From: Candidatus Aldehydirespirator sp.
Lineage (GTDB): Bacteria > Actinomycetota > Acidimicrobiia > Acidimicrobiales > Aldehydirespiratoraceae
NCBI GenBank assembly: GCA_965220485.1
Contig: OZ244832.1
Coordinates: forward strand, 1,674,882-1,738,881
Length of the DNA stretch: 64,000 nucleotides
Reading direction: 5' to 3'
Part shown: positions 52,208 through 62,000 of the stretch, in pieces
How positions within the stretch are numbered: the first letter of the stretch is position 1
How the letters are laid out: each line of letters begins with the position of its first letter
Translations under genes and position numbers: made by a program
The notes under the pieces: generated by a model
What the model was told of the DNA's origin: nothing
The model's database searches: none
The model's input: only the letters and a program-made list of their open reading frames with translations

Positions 52208-54937
52208 ATGGAGGTATCCGTGGACAGCGCTTGGAAGTGGCCCGGCTCCAGATGGTGGCGCGTCGACCTTCACGCGCACTCACCGGCGTCCCACGATTTC
52301 CAGACTGGCGTGACTGCGGCTGCCGATGCAGCTCACCGGTGGATGGAGTCCGCACGCGACGCCGGCCTCCACGCGGTCGCCGTGACAGACCACAATTCGT
52401 CGCGATTCGTGCCCGAGCTACAGCGGGCCGCCTCCGAGGTGGCCAATGCCCCGGTGCTCTTCCCCGGCGTAGAGCTCACCACCGGTGACGGATCCCATCT
52501 CCTGCTCATCGTCGACCCGGGCGCCGGAGAGGAGAACATCGATGATCTGTTGTCCCGAATGGAGATTCCGGTGGAAGAGCGCGGCCAGACGAACGCGCGC
52601 ACGTCTCAGAGCGTCGAGGCGATCCTGGAGCGCTGCGATGATCAGACGCTTGTAATCGCGGCGCACGTCAATCAACCAGCTGGGCTGCTGCAACATACGG
52701 GCCAGCAACGGATTGCAGAACTCCGGCATCCGAGACTTGCAGCAGCGGAGATTCACCCCGATACCGACTTCGACGAGTCGTGGCTCGACGGCAGCAAGGC
52801 CGAGATAGGGCGGGAGATCCCTCAGATATGGGCTTCGGACAGCCACTGCTTCGACGACCTCGGCACGCGCTTCACGTGGGTGAAGATGACAGAACCCACA
52901 CTCGAAGGATTGCGACTGGCCCTCTCTGATGGCGACGATTCTCTCAAGCCTGCCCGGAGGGAGGACTCGGATAATCCCAATGCACATGCCGAGATGGCTA
53001 TAGAGAAGATCACGGTATACGACACCAAGCACATAGGTCGCCGGTCGCCGACCGAAGTCCGCTTCAATCCATGGATGAATGCCATCATCGGGGGACGCGG
53101 CACAGGAAAGTCGACTCTGCTCGACCTGTTCCGAAAGTCGATGAGACGGGACGGGGAGCTTGATAAAGCGGGAATAGGTCAGGAAGGATCGCTGCGGGGT
53201 CTCTTCGACAGCCGCATGCGTGTGCCGACAACTCGGTCCGACAGTGGTTTGCTGACCGGGGAGTCCCGCGTGGAGGTGGTCTATCGGAAGGATGGTGACA
53301 GGTTTCTTCTCTCGTGGAGCCAGGATGGGAGCGCTCAGCCGATCGCTCGACTGAGCAATGGTGACTCAAGCGCGGAGAAGGGCAATATCTCGGAACGATT
53401 CCCCGTGCGGATTTACAGCCAGAAGCAGCTGTTCGCCCTGGCCCAGAATCCGGATGCGCTCCTCGCGGTTCTTGACGACGCCCAAGAAGTTGACGGTGCC
53501 GACACCAGCCGAGAATTGCAGCGGTTGGAGGGCCGCTATCTCGCTTTGCGTGCGGAGGCTCGACAGGCTCTAACGCACGCGCGCGAGCTGCCGGATCGAG
53601 AGGCGTCGCTGGTCGATGTCCAGCGGAAGCTGGATCTCCTCCAGCAGGGCGGCCATGCAGAGATTCTCCGGCTCTATCGAAATCGTCGCCGGACTGATGG
53701 CATGTGGAAGGCGGTGCAGGCAGCATCTGAGCAAGGACTGGACGCCGTCGGTGAAGCGGTCGGCGAGTTGGCAGTGTCTGACTTGAATCTGCCAACGGAC
53801 GGCGACGATGCCACACAAGCGCTTCAACGTGCACACCAATCGCTGCATCAACTGATCGAGGGCTTCAGGAGCGAGTTGCTCGACAGCATCGAAGTGGTCC
53901 GCAGACGACTGGCTGAGGTGTTGCGAGGCGCGGACGCCAGCCATTGGGACGCCGCCGTTGATGCCAGCGAGGAAGCGTACCAGAACACGGTCTCCCAACT
54001 CGAAGAAGAGGGCATCGCAGACCCGGAGGAGTATGGAGAGCTAGTTGAGAGAGCGAGAAGGCTGGAAGCAGAGATAGAGAATCTCGGAACGGGTGCACGG
54101 AGAGCGCGCCGGCTTGAGCGGGAGGCCGACGCTGTGCTGGCCGAGTACCGGGAGGCACGGAGCCGGCTCAGCGTCAAACGGCAGGACTTCGCGGGTCGCG
54201 CTTCGGGCGTCACGCTCCGTGTCGAGGTAAGCAAGTTTGCCAAACACTCGGATCTAGCCGAGAGCCTCGAGCACATCCTCGGAATCGAAGCATTCGGTGA
54301 GGATCGGAAGTTGATCGCCGAGCGAATCAGACCGCAGGAAGACGGCGAGTGGGACTGGGGATCTCTGGATGGCGTCGTTGCCGAGATGCGGGCGTTTCAG
54401 TCGGGGGAGACCGACTCATGGGATACCAGAGATGCTCGGTTCGCGCCCCGGCTGAGGGGTCTCCCCGCGGAGCGGATCGATCGCTTGGCTCTCTACCTTC
54501 CCCAAGACATTCTTCAGGTTGACTTCCAGAGCGGAGATTTCGCTCCATGGCGACCAATAGCGCAGGGATCGCCGGGGCAGCAGACTGCGGCTCTCTTGGC
54601 GTTCGTGCTGGGTTTCGGGTCTGAACCCATCGTGTTGGACCAGCCCGAGGACGACTTGGACAGCACGCTGATATATGAACTGCTGGTTAGACGCTTCCGC
54701 GAAACCAAGCCAGCGAGGCAGCTGATCCTCGTGACTCACAACCCGAATATCGTGGTACACGGCGACGCGGAATACGTCCTCTCGCTGGAAGTCAAGCATT
54801 CGCTAACCGTTGTCAGTCGCGAGGGCGGGCTTCAGGAACAGGATGTGAGAGAAGAGATCTGTCGTGTGATGGAGGGCGGCAGGGAAGCGTTCGAGAGCCG
54901 CTACCACCGGATCATGCCGTTGAAGGGAGTCAAGTGA
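52208..54937 (+). CDS. PHP-domain phosphoesterase fused to an SMC/ABC-type coiled-coil ATPase (Ppl-like defence-type protein)
   Basis: PHP motifs RVDLHAHSPAS, VAVTDHN, GVELTT and AAHVN. Walker A IIGGRGTGKSTL. A long E/R/L/A-rich helical region. Signature-like GSPGQQ, Walker B VLDQPEDDLD, and VTHNPN. ATG 52208 chosen inside track ORF 52031..54937. Confidence 0.8.
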   Translation: MEVSVDSAWKWPGSRWWRVDLHAHSPASHDFQTGVTAAADAAHRWMESARDAGLHAVAVTDHNSSRFVPELQRAASEVANAPVLFPGVELTTGDGSHLLLIVDPGAGEENIDDLLSRMEIPVEERGQTNARTSQSVEAILERCDDQTLVIAAHVNQPAGLLQHTGQQRIAELRHPRLAAAEIHPDTDFDESWLDGSKAEIGREIPQIWASDSHCFDDLGTRFTWVKMTEPTLEGLRLALSDGDDSLKPARREDSDNPNAHAEMAIEKITVYDTKHIGRRSPTEVRFNPWMNAIIGGRGTGKSTLLDLFRKSMRRDGELDKAGIGQEGSLRGLFDSRMRVPTTRSDSGLLTGESRVEVVYRKDGDRFLLSWSQDGSAQPIARLSNGDSSAEKGNISERFPVRIYSQKQLFALAQNPDALLAVLDDAQEVDGADTSRELQRLEGRYLALRAEARQALTHARELPDREASLVDVQRKLDLLQQGGHAEILRLYRNRRRTDGMWKAVQAASEQGLDAVGEAVGELAVSDLNLPTDGDDATQALQRAHQSLHQLIEGFRSELLDSIEVVRRRLAEVLRGADASHWDAAVDASEEAYQNTVSQLEEEGIADPEEYGELVERARRLEAEIENLGTGARRARRLEREADAVLAEYREARSRLSVKRQDFAGRASGVTLRVEVSKFAKHSDLAESLEHILGIEAFGEDRKLIAERIRPQEDGEWDWGSLDGVVAEMRAFQSGETDSWDTRDARFAPRLRGLPAERIDRLALYLPQDILQVDFQSGDFAPWRPIAQGSPGQQTAALLAFVLGFGSEPIVLDQPEDDLDSTLIYELLVRRFRETKPARQLILVTHNPNIVVHGDAEYVLSLEVKHSLTVVSREGGLQEQDVREEICRVMEGGREAFESRYHRIMPLKGVK

Positions 54938-56175
54938 CAACGCCGAGCGATGAGCTATCAAGGCGGATTCGACTCGGCGAAGACTCCACTCTGGAACTGA
55001 AGCGAATACTGCTGGCCGGAAAGCGGGTGACTGGGCCAGACCGGGGTCGTTTCGCAGACGAGATGGCGAGCATGGCCAACGGCTCGGGCGGGACCGTCGT
55101 GTTGGGGGTCGATGACGAGACCCACGACGTGCTAGGCATCCCGCTTGACTCTCTGGATGTCGTCGAAACTTGGGTGCGCGAGATTTGCAACGACTCGATT
55201 ACTCCACCGCTGGACGCGACGATAAGGAAGTTGGAGATCCGGGGATCGTCCGGCGACCTCCTTGCTGTCATCCGTGTCGATGTCCCGCGAAGCCTGTTCG
55301 TCCACAAGAGCCCCGGCGGATACTTCAGAAGAATAGGCAGCTCCAAGCGGGAGATGTCACCGGAGTTCCTCGCGAGGATGTTTCAAGAGCGCAGTCAGAG
55401 CAGGCTGATCCGCTTCGACGAGTCCATCGTTCCGGGCACAGAGCCAACGGACCTCGATGAGCGGCTCATCGCACGGTTCTTGCCGCGGCCGCAGATACCA
55501 GCAGGCACCTATCTGCACAAGCTTCGGATCGCCGCCGAGGACGACGACGGCATCCTCCGTTTGACAGTCGCTGGTGTCCTCATGTGTGCTCGCGAACCCG
55601 CCAGGTGGTTGCCGCACGCGCAGATCCAAGCGGTCAGCTACGCCGGCGAGCGCAGCGATGTGAACTATCAGATCGACGCTCGGAACGTGAGCGGGCCGCT
55701 GGATTCCCAAGTAGTGGAAGCACTGCATTTCGTGAAACGCAATATGAGGATGAGTGCCAGGAAAGCCGTGGCCCGCGCCGAGCGTCCCCAGTTCAGTGAG
55801 AGAGCTGTATTCGAGGCCCTGGTCAATGCCGTCGCACACAGGGACTACTCCATGGCCGGCGCACGGGTCAGGCTCCACATGTTCCACGATCGTCTCGAGT
55901 TGTACGTGCCCGGCGACCTGGCGAACACACTGACGACCGACAGTATTCACCTGCGCCAGTACAGCCGCAATGAACTGATCGTCTCCCTGCTCGCCCGTTG
56001 CGAGCTGCCGGGATCAGCCGAGCTTGACCGGACTCGCATGATGGAACGACGAGGGGACGGGGTTCCGATCATTCTCAACGAGAGCCGTGAGTTGTCGGGA
56101 CGCCTGCCGGAGTACAGCCTCGTCGATGACAGCGAACTTCGGTTGATCATCTGGGGGGCTGCTGCCAACGACTAG
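54934..56175 (+). CDS. Schlafen/AlbA_2 (divergent AAA) domain + HATPase_c_4 C-terminal domain protein
   Basis: N-terminal GEDSTLELKR...FADEMASMANGSGGTVVLGVDD (AlbA_2 pattern). C-terminal EALVNAVAHRDYS...RVRLHMFHDRLELYVPG (HATPase_c_4 pattern). GTG 54934 overlaps the upstream TGA (GTGA) and has an AAGGGAG SD. Confidence 0.75.
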   Translation: MTTPSDELSRRIRLGEDSTLELKRILLAGKRVTGPDRGRFADEMASMANGSGGTVVLGVDDETHDVLGIPLDSLDVVETWVREICNDSITPPLDATIRKLEIRGSSGDLLAVIRVDVPRSLFVHKSPGGYFRRIGSSKREMSPEFLARMFQERSQSRLIRFDESIVPGTEPTDLDERLIARFLPRPQIPAGTYLHKLRIAAEDDDGILRLTVAGVLMCAREPARWLPHAQIQAVSYAGERSDVNYQIDARNVSGPLDSQVVEALHFVKRNMRMSARKAVARAERPQFSERAVFEALVNAVAHRDYSMAGARVRLHMFHDRLELYVPGDLANTLTTDSIHLRQYSRNELIVSLLARCELPGSAELDRTRMMERRGDGVPIILNESRELSGRLPEYSLVDDSELRLIIWGAAAND

Positions 56176-56297
56176 GCGGCGTGCGGCGACAGTGAGCGCG
56201 GTCACGGAAGAATGTCGTGGGTCCCGCAGCGGTGCCACCGGATGTGGACCATTCCGGGCCGCATAGGAGAACCAAGCGAGAATAGAGGTGATGCGCC

Positions 56298-56633
56298 ATG
56301 CCAAATGCGAATGACTACCGGGGGCTGCACAACGAGGTGCTCGCCCGACCCGGTGCCGCCGAGCGTCTTGCGACCCTGCGCAGCGAGACCCTCGCCGAGA
56401 TCGGTCTCCACGCTTTGCGTCGGACCCTTTACCGTTCTCAGGCCGACCTGGCTGCGGAACTCGGTATCAGCCAGTCCGCGGTCTCACAACTCGAGCGGGG
56501 TGATGATGTGAAGGTGTCCACTCTCCGCAGCTACGTGCAGGGGCTGGGGGCGCGTCTGCGGATTGTGGCCGTCTTCGACGACGGCGAGGACGAGACGGCC
56601 ATACCGATACGCATCGGCCCGGAAGTGGCGTAG
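56298..56633 (+). CDS. XRE-family helix-turn-helix protein
   Basis: LRRTLYRSQADLAAELGISQSAVSQLERGDDVKVSTLRSYVQGLG is a canonical Cro/C1-type HTH. Confidence 0.8.
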   Translation: MPNANDYRGLHNEVLARPGAAERLATLRSETLAEIGLHALRRTLYRSQADLAAELGISQSAVSQLERGDDVKVSTLRSYVQGLGARLRIVAVFDDGEDETAIPIRIGPEVA

Positions 56634-56879
56634 GCAAGCAGAGCGTCTCAGACATCCAAGGCAGCAGTTCTGTGTGCAGTTTTCCGCCAATGCGACGGGT
56701 TTCTCTACACAGAATGCCGGGCCGTCAGGCCAGGCGGTTTACGAAGGCCTCCAGCTGGCGCAGGTTGCGCGCCTCGAACACTCCGTCGCAGTGGGGGGCG
56801 TACTCCCCCACTATCGAGTCGCCGGTGTCCCAGTAGCTGCGAGGCTCGGGGTTGAGCCAGTACACGTGACGGGCCTTCG

Positions 56880-57548
56880 CCGGCTTCAGCGAAGCCGAAC
56901 GGCTGCCCGACCCGCGCCGCTTGCTGACCGCGTACCACCGGGCCGCGTCCACCCTCAACCTGCTGAGAGCGTTCACCCGGGGCGGCTACGCCGACCTGTC
57001 ACGGGTGGCCAGCTGGAACCGGGAGTTCGTGGCCACCTCGCCCGCGGGCCGGCGCTACGCCCGCATAGCCGAGGAGATCGACCGGGCTCTGGAGCCTCCA
57101 TGGGTGGAGGAAGACGAAGACGGGCGCTACGCCCGCATAGCCGAGGAGATCGACCGGGCCCTGCGGTTCATGACGGCGTGCGGAGTGACCACCGCCAACA
57201 CCCCGCAACTGCACGAGGTCGAGTTCTACACCAGCCACGAGGCTCTGGTCCTAGACTACGAAGCGGCGCTCACCCGCGAGAACTCGACCACCGGCGACTG
57301 GTACGACTGCTCGGCCCACATGCTGTGGATCGGCGAGCACACCCGCCAGCTCGACGGCGCCCACGTGGAGTTCCTTCGGGGGGTGTGCAACCCGCTGGGC
57401 TGCAAGATCGGTCCCACCGCCACCGCCGACGAGGTGGTCGCACTGTGCGAGCTGCTCAACCCGCAGCGCGTTCCCGGCCGGCTCACGTTCATCACCGGGA
57501 TGGGCGCCGGAAACGTGGAGACGCTGTTGCCGCCGCTGCTGCGGGCCG
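56880..57548 (+). pseudogene. Internal fragment of a second, diverged class II DAHP synthase gene (lacks both ends; carries a 72-bp internal duplication)
   Basis: GFSEAERLPDP..LLTAYHRAASTLNLLRAFTRGGYADLS...TLLPPLLRA is collinear with residues of the intact gene at about 51022-51618. The RYARIAEEIDRAL segment is duplicated (57051-57087 and 57122-57158). Homology stops abruptly on both sides. Confidence 0.8.
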
Positions 57549-57719
57549 AGTCGGCCAGACCCTCGCGGGCCACGGGCCAACTTGTCAAGTTCGTGCCTTG
57601 AGATGTCTGGAAGAAACTCATACAGATATTTTTTATAGAATTTTGTCATTTATGTCCGTTGGTGCTGCTAGCGTGTGGGCGACTGACACGACGCCTGAAA
57701 GAGCACACCAGGAGATGCC

Positions 57720-58988
57720 GTGGGAACGCTCGTCGAGAGATTCTGGGACGAACACGACCGAGTCTCGCGGCCCGCGACCGACAACGACCCGCACCGGCAG
57801 GTGTTCCGCGCCTTCGTGCCGCATCCCATCGCGGGATGGACGCCGACGTTCGGCGAGGCCACCTGGAGGCTCGTCGACGCCGCCGAGAGCGCAGTGCGGG
57901 CACTGGGGGCCGACCACCCTTCGGGTTCCGCGGCGCCGGCAGAGTGGCTGCTCCGGCGGGCCGAGAGCGCGGCGTCGAGCACAATCGAGGGAGTCCGCCC
58001 GTCAGCACGCCGGCTGGCCCGGGCCGAGGCTCGGCTGTCTCTGTGGCAGGAGCAGCCACGCCCCCAGGACCTCGAGGCTCTCCGCAACATCTCAGCCACC
58101 GAAGTCGCCCTCCGTATCGGCTCCACCCCCGGTCCCGTGACGATGCAGGACGTCTGCGCCATACACCGGGCGCTGATGGGTGACGAAGATCCCATCGCCG
58201 GCCAGATCCGTACCGCCCAGAACTGGATCGGCTCGGGGTTCAGGTCGCCCCCCCTGGACGCGCAGTATGTTCCCCCGCCACCGGACGCGGTGCAGGACCT
58301 GATGAACGACCTGGTGGAGTGCATCAACGCGCCGGTGTCGGGACCGCTGGTGCACGCCGCCATCGTGCACGCCCAGTTCGAGGCGATCCATCCCTTCGCC
58401 GACGGCAACGGGCGAACCGGACGGGCTCTGATCCACCTGATGCTGCGCCGCCGCGGGCTGACCGGCTCGGGCACGCTTCCCGTCAGCTCGTCGCTGGCCC
58501 GGCGCAGAGACGACTACATCCGAGCGCTCAACAGCGCCTGCACGGTGTGCGGCGCCGACGATCCGCTGCGGCCGGCCGCGGCCACAGAGTGGATCGGGCT
58601 TCTGTGCAGCGCCGCCGTCGAGGCCTCCTACTTCGCCCGTCGCATCATCGACCACGTGGAGTCGATCCTCCGGCTGTGGCTGCGCACGATGCGGTCCATG
58701 GGGGTGCGGCGCTCCAACGCCGCGGTGCGTCTCATCGAGTTGCTCCCGTCGCGCCCCGTGCTCAACGCCGACGGCGCGGCCGAGATGCTGGACGCCGATC
58801 CCCGGACCGCCCGCCGCAGCCTCGAATTGCTCACCACCGCGGGGATACTCGTCCAGCGCAGCGCCGGGAGACGAAACCGCGTATTCGAGGCGGCCGCCAT
58901 CACGGATGCCTTCTCTGCGCTCGCGTCGATCAACATCGGCGACAGCGACATACACCTGCCGCCCCTGCCCGATCCCGACGATGGCTGA
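57720..58988 (+). CDS. Fic/DOC family protein (class with N-terminal inhibitory helix)
   Basis: Fic motif HPFADGNGRTGRAL. Upstream SSTIEG matches the (S/T)xxxE(G/N) auto-inhibition motif. AGGAGA SD. An AT-rich promoter-like patch lies at 57611-57655. Confidence 0.88.
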   Translation: MGTLVERFWDEHDRVSRPATDNDPHRQVFRAFVPHPIAGWTPTFGEATWRLVDAAESAVRALGADHPSGSAAPAEWLLRRAESAASSTIEGVRPSARRLARAEARLSLWQEQPRPQDLEALRNISATEVALRIGSTPGPVTMQDVCAIHRALMGDEDPIAGQIRTAQNWIGSGFRSPPLDAQYVPPPPDAVQDLMNDLVECINAPVSGPLVHAAIVHAQFEAIHPFADGNGRTGRALIHLMLRRRGLTGSGTLPVSSSLARRRDDYIRALNSACTVCGADDPLRPAAATEWIGLLCSAAVEASYFARRIIDHVESILRLWLRTMRSMGVRRSNAAVRLIELLPSRPVLNADGAAEMLDADPRTARRSLELLTTAGILVQRSAGRRNRVFEAAAITDAFSALASINIGDSDIHLPPLPDPDDG

Positions 58989-59042
58989 ACCGAACCGTCA
59001 GGCGGGCCGCTGGGGGCGTCGCGTGGCGCGTCCTCGTGCGGC

Positions 59043-62000
59043 CTATGAGGCGTGGTTACCGAGGCGGGTGAGGACTCGGCTCAAGAATGCGGCCATTTGG
59101 GCTCTGGTGACGTGTCGTGGGCCGCAGTACAGCGGTGGGTCGGTGTTGCAACCGGTTGTGATGTCGGCGGCGCTGATGGCCTCGACAGCATTGTAGGCGT
59201 AGTGGTCGGTGTCGATGTCTTCGAAGGTGGGGGCGTCGTTGTCGGCATCGGGCAGTTTGAAGGCTCGTTGCAGGAACAGCGCCATCTGTGACCTGGTGAC
59301 GGGATCATCGGGGCAGTAGTCGGTGCCGCGTGGGTTGCATCCGACGCTGATGCCGAGTCTGGCGATGCGTTCGATGTAGGGCGCGTACCAGGCTTCTAGG
59401 TCCACATCGTCGAAGCGTCCGGCGAGCTTGTCAACGGGGTCGAGGTCTAGGGCTCTGACCAGGAACACGGCCATTTGGGCCCTGGTGATGGGCTGGGTGG
59501 GCCGGTAGCTGCCGTCGGGGTAGCCGGTGGTGACTCCGAGTCTGGCGATGTGCTCGACGTAGGGCGCGTGCCAGTCGTCTGGGGCGACGTCGCTGAACGA
59601 CACCGGCTCGGGCTCGGGTTCGGGCGCGCCTCCGCCGCCGCCTCCTCCTCCGCTGCGCCGACGGGGCGGCGCGACGACGGCTTTGGGGGTGGTGCGGTTC
59701 GAGGGTGCGGAGGCGGCTTTGAGCCCGTCGGATCTCTCAGCGGTGACCGTGAAGGTGTAGACGCGGTCGTTGACGAGCCCGGTGACGGTGCAGGTCGTGT
59801 CGGCCGCGGCGGCGGTGCAGGTGCGCTGTCCGGGCGATGAGGTCGCGGCGTAGCCGGTGATGGTGATCGTGCTGGCGCTGGTGTCGGGAGCGGTCCAGGT
59901 GACGGTGACCTCTCCGGCGCCGGGCGGGTCGGCGGGTTCGGCGCGCACTGCGGTGGGGGCGGTGACCCACACCTCGGCGGTGGGCTGCGACGGCTCGGAG
60001 GCGCCGCGGGCGTTGCGGGCGGTGACAGTGAGAGTGTGCGCCCCGTTGGCGAGGCCCTCGATGCGGCACCATCTCTGCGCGGCGGAGGCGGTGCAGGTGC
60101 GGCCCGAGGGCGCGGACGTGGCGGTGTAGCCGACGATGGCGGCGCCGCCGTCGCTGGCGGGCGCGGCCCATTGCACCAGCGCCCAGCCACCGCCGGGGGT
60201 GGCCTGCGTGATCGCGGGCACCCCCGGCGCGGCAGCCGTCACCGACGCGGGACGTGACGGCTGCGACGCGGTCGATGGTCCCGCGTTGTTGTTGGCGATC
60301 ACAATGAAGGTGTAGGCGACTCCCGGGGCGAGGCCTGTGATGGTGCATGAGGTCTCGGTGGCCGCCGCGGTGCATCGGCCCGGGCCGGGCGAGGCGCTCA
60401 CCTCGTAGCTTGTGACCGGGTCCGGTGCCTGCAGCCGGGCCGCGGCCCGGTCCTCGCGCCCGGCGTATACGAGGACGCCGCTGCCGGGGGGCGCGCCGGC
60501 GGATGCTGTGGGCACCGTCCATGCGATGGTGGCGGTGTCGTCCTCAACGGTTGCGGTGACGCCGCTGGGAGCGTCGGGCGCGCCGATCGGGGCCTGCGGG
60601 GACACGGACGCGGCGGGGCTGGAAGCCGGCGAGACAAGCCCGTAGGAGTTCTCCGCAACCACGGTGATCTCATAGGTGATGCCGTTGGTGAGCCCGGTGA
60701 TGGTGCAGGCTGTCCCGCCGGCCGCGGTGCATGTGTGAGGGTCCTCGGTCTGACCGACCGCGGCTGCGGTGGCGGTGTAGCCGACGATGATGGCGTCGTC
60801 AGCGCCGGCGTCTGCTGGCGCGGCCCAAGACACGCGGGCGTCGCCGTTGCCGCCGGTCGCTCTCACGTTGTGGGGCGCGCCCGGCGCGTCGGCCGGCACG
60901 ACGGCGTTCACCGGCGAAGACGCCGGCGACGTCCTGCGCGCGCCGTTCTCGGCTGTGACCGTCACCTCATAGGCGCGGCCCCTGGCCAAACCGGTGATGG
61001 TGCAGTCCGTCGCGCTGAACGCGGCACAGGCCTGCCCGCCCGGCTCTGCGGTGGCCTCATAGCTCACGATGCCGGGTCCTCCGGTGTCGGCGGGCTCGGT
61101 CCACGACACCTCGAGGGACCCGCCGCCGACGGACGTCGCAGTGACGCCGCCAGGCGCGTCGGGCGCGCCCGCGGGCGTCACCTCGAGCGACGGTGCCGAC
61201 GCCGCAGACGCGCCGGCCTCGTTGCCGGCGGTCACCGTGAACATGTAGGAGGCACCGTTGGTCAGCCCGGTCACCGTGCACGCGGTGGCGGCGGCGTCAT
61301 CGGTGGTGCAGCTGTGCCCGCCGGGATCAGAGACGGCCTCATAGCCGCTGATCGCCGCGCCTCCGTCGTAGCCCGGAGCCCGCCACTCAATTCGCGACTG
61401 GCCGTCCTCGTACTCCGTGGCGGTCACCGACACCGGCGCGTCCGGCACCGTGCGCGGCGTCACCGGTCCCGCGGGCGCCGACGGCGGCGACGGCCCGGCG
61501 GCGTTGCTCGCAGTCACGGTCACCGTGTACGCCGTGCCGTTGTCGAGCCCGGTGATCGTGCAGGTCGTAGCGGCCGGGTCCGACGCGGTGCAGGTGAGCC
61601 CGCCGGGATCGGCGACCGCCTCATAGCCGGTGATCTCCGAGCCCCCGTCAGAAACAGGCACCCGCCACGACACCACCACCGACTCGTGTTCCGGCTCGAC
61701 GCTCACACGGCCCGGCGTGGCCGGCACAGCCTTGGGCACCACCGCCGCCGACGCCGCCGACGCCGCCGAGGACCCCGCCACGTTGCTCGCCGTCACCGTG
61801 AACGTGTAGGCGGTGCCGTTGGCCAGCCCGGTGACCGTGCAAGAAGCCACCGCCGCGTCGGCGCTGGTGCAGGACCGGCCCCCCGGAGACGCCGTCGCCC
61901 GATAGCCGGTCACATCAGAGCCCCCGTCGAAGCCAGGCGCCTGCCATGACACCAGCGCCAGCGCGTTGCCCGGAACCGCCGACACCGCCGTCGGAGCGTC

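Noticed and set aside
56725-56976. Minus-strand ORF 56725..56976 (...VYWLNPEPRSYWDTGDSIVGEYAPHCDGVFEARNLRQLEAFVNRLA) as a gene.
   Set aside because: Its 5' part overlaps the DAHP-synthase fragment antisense, and only the last ~50 codons look protein-like. It is probably a C-terminal remnant of an unidentified gene, and there is too little to call.
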